Shown here: positions 59,870 through 64,000 of the stretch, in pieces
Numbering within the stretch: position 1 is the stretch's first letter
How the letters are laid out: every line of letters starts with the position of its first letter
Source of the DNA: a virus
IMG/VR virus record: IMGVR_UViG_3300037307_000400
Length of the DNA stretch: 64,000 nucleotides
Reading direction: 5' to 3' (one strand)
Translations under genes and position numbers: made by a program
Notes under the pieces: generated by a model
What the model was told of the DNA's origin: nothing
The model's database searches: none
The model's input: the letters and a program-made list of their open reading frames with translations, nothing else

Positions 59870-60660
59870 CACTTCCTCATGAAATAGAACGCCGCGAGTC
59901 CCGCGACGGCAACGGCTCCGAGCACCAGAGGGCCCACCTTCGAGGACTCCTTCGGGATGGCCGGCATGTCCGCAGGAACCTCGGCCGGCGTGCTTGAGGT
60001 CACGGGAGCGGCGACCTGGACCTGCGAGGTCACAGGGGCCTGCCTCGAGCCCTTGAGCTGCCGGATGAAGGTGTTCACCTGCATGCTCACGGTCTGGTTC
60101 TGCATGGCCGCCGAGCACGTCTTGCTGGCCTCTGCGACCACGTCACTCGGGGCCTCGGCGAGCAGGTCCTCCTTGTGGTCCGTCGAGCAGACCAGAAGCG
60201 CCCCGCACGTCGTCGCGTCGAGCTTGCCCGTCACCGAGACGGCGAGCTTGTAGCCGTTCGCCGAGAGCACCTTGTTCAGCGCCGTCTGGAGCGTCGACAC
60301 CTTGGTGTTCGTCGCAGCCGCCAGGTAGTAGATTGCGGTGCCGGTCGCGCCGAGCCCGAGCGAGCCACCTGCGAGCGTGCCGAGGCCCGCTGTGTCCGCG
60401 TAGAACTCGTGGAAGTCGTCGGGCTTGAACACCGCGTGCGGCGCGGGCACGAACGGCAGGCCGAACACCGGGCGCGTGTAGATCGCCCCGTGAAAGCGCG
60501 TGGGGTACGGATGGACGTGCGCGGTGTAGGGGTTGATCACCCCACGCTGGCTCATGTTGCTCGGCATGGCTTCTCCAAGAGCGCCCACGGGCTTGTACTG
60601 GTACTTCGCGCCCACGGGCATGAGGTACCCCGGGTACACTGAGGTCGCGTAGACGTTCAC
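59869..60660 (-). CDS. Tail-anchored protein with possible peptidoglycan-binding-like domain
   Basis: GALGE, AGLGT; 'VSTLQTALN..GY..VTGKLDATT' resembles PG_binding_1; C-terminal TM. Confidence 0.7.
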   Translation of the reverse strand: MNVYATSVYPGYLMPVGAKYQYKPVGALGEAMPSNMSQRGVINPYTAHVHPYPTRFHGAIYTRPVFGLPFVPAPHAVFKPDDFHEFYADTAGLGTLAGGSLGLGATGTAIYYLAAATNTKVSTLQTALNKVLSANGYKLAVSVTGKLDATTCGALLVCSTDHKEDLLAEAPSDVVAEASKTCSAAMQNQTVSMQVNTFIRQLKGSRQAPVTSQVQVAAPVTSSTPAEVPADMPAIPKESSKVGPLVLGAVAVAGLAAFYFMRK

Positions 60661-61313
60661 CGGCTCGCGTCCTTCCGGGCCATGTAGACGAGCCCGAGCG
60701 CCCCGAGGCCGAGCAACAGGACCGAGAGCGTCCGCATGCCCGGGTTCTGGTCGGCGACCGTCTCCGAGAGCGGCACGGCGTTCTGCATCACGTTCACGGT
60801 ACTCACGCGCCGCGCGTGCCTGGTCGCGAGCCCCACCTGCGCCTGCGGGCGCTTGTAGAGGCCGCCCTCGAGGAACGCGATCTGCGCCGCGCTGTCGTTC
60901 GCCACGGCGCCCGAGGGCACCGCTCGGATCGGACGACCCGTGGTGATGTCGATCTCCTCCGAGAAGCCGAACGGCACCTCGCGCGCGTGCATGCCGGGCA
61001 GCGAGTAGTTGACCGAGAAGACGCCCGCTCCGGGGTGGACGTTCTTCTGCGTGTTCGGCGGGTCGAAGATCCCGTCACCCTGCACGTCGTCCATCTCGGC
61101 CAGCACACGAAGTTCGTTGAGTGCGTACTCGGGTTCCATCGGACTCTCACTGCTCCCCAGACCGGCGAGGTACCGGCCGTGCATGTTGTTCAGGCGCGCC
61201 GCGTAGTACGGGCCCGTGCTCGAGGTCGGACGCAGGTCCGGCGGGCCCATCTGCACCATGGAGGGCACGCGGCCCGTGTTGGGCTGGCTCGGGTAGATCG
61301 GGTAACGGGGCAT
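60657..61313 (-). CDS. Tail-anchored protein (AGLGS)
   Basis: LSVLLLGLGALGLVYMARK; TAGGAT 6 nt upstream of ATG. Confidence 0.7.
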   Translation of the reverse strand: MPRYPIYPSQPNTGRVPSMVQMGPPDLRPTSSTGPYYAARLNNMHGRYLAGLGSSESPMEPEYALNELRVLAEMDDVQGDGIFDPPNTQKNVHPGAGVFSVNYSLPGMHAREVPFGFSEEIDITTGRPIRAVPSGAVANDSAAQIAFLEGGLYKRPQAQVGLATRHARRVSTVNVMQNAVPLSETVADQNPGMRTLSVLLLGLGALGLVYMARKDASR

Positions 61314-61327
61314 CGCTGAATCCTACA

Positions 61328-62404
61328 TCACTTTCGCTTGGCCAGGTAGTAGAGGCTCCCGCCCGCAGCGAGCACGAGCAGCCACATCGCCCCGGACCCA
61401 GCAAACATGCTCCCCGGGTCGCAGGTCGGCGCCACGGGCTTGGTCGGCATCCCCGCAGGAAGCAGGGTGCAGTTCGGAGGCTGCGCGGGCTGCACGGGCC
61501 GGACCTCGCAGCCCGGCGCGGTCGGGGGCGTCGGCGAGCAGGTCGGGCGCGCGCCCACCTGCGGCACCTGCTTGCCCGCAGCCCACTGCTCCCACGTCGG
61601 GATCGGGGTCGGGCTCTCGAGCGTCGGCCGCGGGGGCGCCGCCAGGTACTGCGGCGCGGGCGGCGGGGCGTCCGGTCGCAGTACGGTCGCCGGCAGCGTC
61701 GGGCACGCGGGCATGTGCCGCCAATGACACTTGGTCGAGTCCGGCAGGTTCCCCAGCCCCTTGACCACAGTACATTCCAGGTTCCAGCGATCCTTGTTCG
61801 CCTGCGAAATGCAGTCGAACGAGTGGCCGCCCATGAACGTGCGCGGGTAGTTGTCGTAGTCCCGCAGGTACGGGAGTCGATCCTGCGTCTCTTTCCAGCG
61901 GAGTGCGATCTGGTCCCGCTTTGACTGCACCTCGGCGTCGTAGGCCTGCCAGCGAGCAAGCGCCGCCTGGTAGGCGAGCACCTTCGAGGCGTAGGTCGCG
62001 CGAAGCGCGGTGTTCGTCTGCGTGACCTTGTCGACCTCCGACTGCCACGCCGCGAGCGTCGCCTGGTTCTGCCGGGTCAGGTTCGCGTTGCGGGCCTCGA
62101 GCGTGTCGACCAGATCTCGGTACTCGGCCTGGAGCGCCTGCACCTGCCGGCTCGCGGCAGACCACGCGCTCACCTGCACCGCGCAGGCGTCGGCCTCTCG
62201 CTTCAGGGTCGTGTAGCGGCTGCGCTCTGCCTCGCAGCTCGCATTCGACTGGCCCACGCGCTCCTGCTCAGCAAGCAGGCGTTGGTAGGCCTCCTTCGCA
62301 GATGCGCACTCAGCGTTCTGCTGAAGGGCCTGTTCATAGGCGCGCAGGGAAGCTGCATAGTGCTCATGGAGCTTCTGGCACTGCGTCTGTCCCAGAGCAT
62401 TCAC
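61328..62404 (-). CDS. Coiled-coil, Cys/Pro-rich tail-anchored protein
   Basis: GTG overlaps upstream TGA; MWLLVLAAGGSLYYLAKRK. Confidence 0.7.
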   Translation of the reverse strand: MNALGQTQCQKLHEHYAASLRAYEQALQQNAECASAKEAYQRLLAEQERVGQSNASCEAERSRYTTLKREADACAVQVSAWSAASRQVQALQAEYRDLVDTLEARNANLTRQNQATLAAWQSEVDKVTQTNTALRATYASKVLAYQAALARWQAYDAEVQSKRDQIALRWKETQDRLPYLRDYDNYPRTFMGGHSFDCISQANKDRWNLECTVVKGLGNLPDSTKCHWRHMPACPTLPATVLRPDAPPPAPQYLAAPPRPTLESPTPIPTWEQWAAGKQVPQVGARPTCSPTPPTAPGCEVRPVQPAQPPNCTLLPAGMPTKPVAPTCDPGSMFAGSGAMWLLVLAAGGSLYYLAKRK

Positions 62405-63831
62405 AGGTCCACCTTGACGCTCTTCCACGTCGTCACGCGCTGTAGCATCCGCGCCTCCTCAGTCCCCGCGACCGGGTCGCAGACGATCCACTTGCCGCTC
62501 TTGGGCTCCTTCACTCGCGCGAAGACGTGGCTGTAGAAGCCGGGGCGCCCGAAACCGACGACCACGAACTCGCACTCGCGCCCGAGCTGTCGACAGAGCG
62601 CGCCGATGAACGTCGCGATGTCGTCGCAGTTGCTCACGGTAACGTCGTGCTCTGGAAGATAGACGCGATGATCGCTCGTCTGAATGTCCCAACACGGCGC
62701 CTTGAACACGTCGAGATCTAGCTGCTTCACTCGAAGTTTCTTGGCCTTGCCTCGAATCCCCAATCGGTAGATCGGGTTCTTGCCAAGACCTCCATGATTC
62801 TCGACGTATCGGTACCCAGCACTGATCCCTAGCATCCTCAGCAGGACTCGAGTCTGAAGACACAGTTCTCGACTCGTCGTCGTAAAGGTCCTGCCGCTGC
62901 CGTTGGTGTTCTTCCCACTGTCCGCCAGAACGCCTCGCAGCGACTCGGACACACAGTCAACATCCATGTCCAAGGACAGGAACCTCTTGTCCGGTGCGTA
63001 GGAGCCCATCTGAGACATCCGCTGCGCTAGGCCTCGATCATTGATCGCGAGGTACTTCCGATGCCACCGAGTGGACACACCGAGGCGCCGCATGGACTCC
63101 TGGATTTCGTGCTTCTGCGCCTCTTTCGGGTGCCCGTCCAAGCCACTGATGAAGAACCGATGTTCTTCGCACCAGCCATCGGCGATGTAGAGCCCGTCAA
63201 GGTATGCCTGCTCTCTGGAAATCGATCCGACGCCCGCAGCAATTCGGTCGGGGGCTGCCAGCTCCATGCCCTTCCTAAGATCTCGGACTGGAATTCGAGT
63301 TTCTTCGTCGCCGCGCCGAACGTAAACCTTGTGATCCTGCGTGAGCTTCAGATCTGACCCGTTGTTCATGCGAACAACAGAAACCGGCAGCTCGCCCTTG
63401 AAGACCTTCGCCTCAACGGTCGACCAATCGTTCAGACCCCAGATCCGATCACCGACCCGAATTTCCTCGATAGGAACCAACTCGTAGTCGTCTCGTAGCA
63501 GCAGCGTACCTTCTGGGAAGCAATCACCCACCGCGTTGCCGTGCGCGTTGATCTGCTCGCAAATCCTCTGGGGGTCCTGCACCTGCTCAACGCCAAGCGC
63601 GTCGTTCGAGTAGCGGATCTTCTCGTGCGCGAAGTTGCGCACCGCCAAGATCTCACTCAGGTAGTCCTTGGGCGTGAGGTGGCGGACGATGTTGTCCTTC
63701 ATCGACCGCACCATGGTCGACTGCTCGCCCCGCGGCCCGAGAGCCAGCTCGACCATCACGCGCAACGTGTCATCCGGGCCTGAGAAGGCTCCGAGTCTCG
63801 TCTGGGGCGCGTCGGCCAGTGGGAAGGGCAT
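62401..63831 (-). CDS. Transglutaminase-like Cys protease, intein-containing (178 aa after splicing)
   Basis: Exteins join to IRYSND..GD-CDD..YSHVF..CDP (Cys-His-Asp). Confidence 0.85.
   Translation of the reverse strand: MPFPLADAPQTRLGAFSGPDDTLRVMVELALGPRGEQSTMVRSMKDNIVRHLTPKDYLSEILAVRNFAHEKIRYSNDALGVEQVQDPQRICEQINAHGNAVGDCFPEGTLLLRDDYELVPIEEIRVGDRIWGLNDWSTVEAKVFKGELPVSVVRMNNGSDLKLTQDHKVYVRRGDEETRIPVRDLRKGMELAAPDRIAAGVGSISREQAYLDGLYIADGWCEEHRFFISGLDGHPKEAQKHEIQESMRRLGVSTRWHRKYLAINDRGLAQRMSQMGSYAPDKRFLSLDMDVDCVSESLRGVLADSGKNTNGSGRTFTTTSRELCLQTRVLLRMLGISAGYRYVENHGGLGKNPIYRLGIRGKAKKLRVKQLDLDVFKAPCWDIQTSDHRVYLPEHDVTVSNCDDIATFIGALCRQLGRECEFVVVGFGRPGFYSHVFARVKEPKSGKWIVCDPVAGTEEARMLQRVTTWKSVKVDL
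62629..63522 (-). mobile_element. Intein (298 aa) with LAGLIDADG-type endonuclease domain
   Basis: Block A CFPEGT, block B LTQDHKVY, AYLDGLYIADG, block F WDIQT, terminal SN then Cys+1; AT-richer than exteins. Confidence 0.92.
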
Positions 63832-63906
63832 AGGGATCCGTCACCAGCCCCCGGTGTTGGCTCGCTGGGGGCAGCCTACCCCAAGCCAAGGGAGGCGCGC
63901 AAGCAG

Positions 63907-63999
63907 TCAGCGCCGCTTCGGCCAGAAGACGTAGAGCAGGGCGCCCGCGCCGAGGGCGCCCCAGATGAGCAGCGGGCTCACCCGGCTGTCCCATGCAGG
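63907..63999 (-). CDS. Tail-anchored protein, 5' partial
   Basis: Manual translation ..PAWDSRVSPLLIWGALGAGALLYVFWPKRR*. Confidence 0.6.
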   Translation of the reverse strand, partial: PAWDSRVSPLLIWGALGAGALLYVFWPKRR

Positions 64000-64000
64000 C

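Overview
The whole window looks viral: a GC-rich, gene-dense segment of a large (>64 kb) bacterial virus or provirus with no host housekeeping genes. A Gly/Ser/Thr-linker lipoprotein weakly suggests a Myxococcota-type host (inference). Three blocks are visible. (1) 1-18 kb, mostly + strand: Gly-rich spike/fibre genes, tail-anchored membrane proteins, membrane-anchored SLT and M15 muralytic enzymes, ArdA and GNAT-like cargo. (2) 18-41 kb, + strand, early/middle genes: SNF2 helicase, Gp88-like, dead ComM-like fragment, C5 and N6A methyltransferases, PAPS-reductase-like, DUF1599-like, tyrosine recombinase, amidase. Several of these genes sit behind a repeated palindrome/-10/5'-hairpin promoter unit. 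(3) 41-64 kb, - strand: a glycosylation cassette and a morphogenesis module with 13 tail-anchored proteins, a very basic core-like protein, three tandem beta-rich putative jelly-roll capsid proteins and a transglutaminase-like Cys protease. I recognised no terminase, portal, HK97 capsid or tail tube/sheath gene, so the best reading is an unusually large membrane-containing, tailless virus (inference; no packaging ATPase seen in the window either). Directly visible highlights: a group I intron with a LAGLIDADG endonuclease splitting the putative major capsid gene (54188-53433), an intein inserted at the protease catalytic Cys (63522-62629), a C5 methyltransferase split over two overlapping frames, and recurrent GLG and RxN(G/P) peptide motifs that may mark a proteolytic virion-maturation system. 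All family assignments are by motif recognition, not database search.
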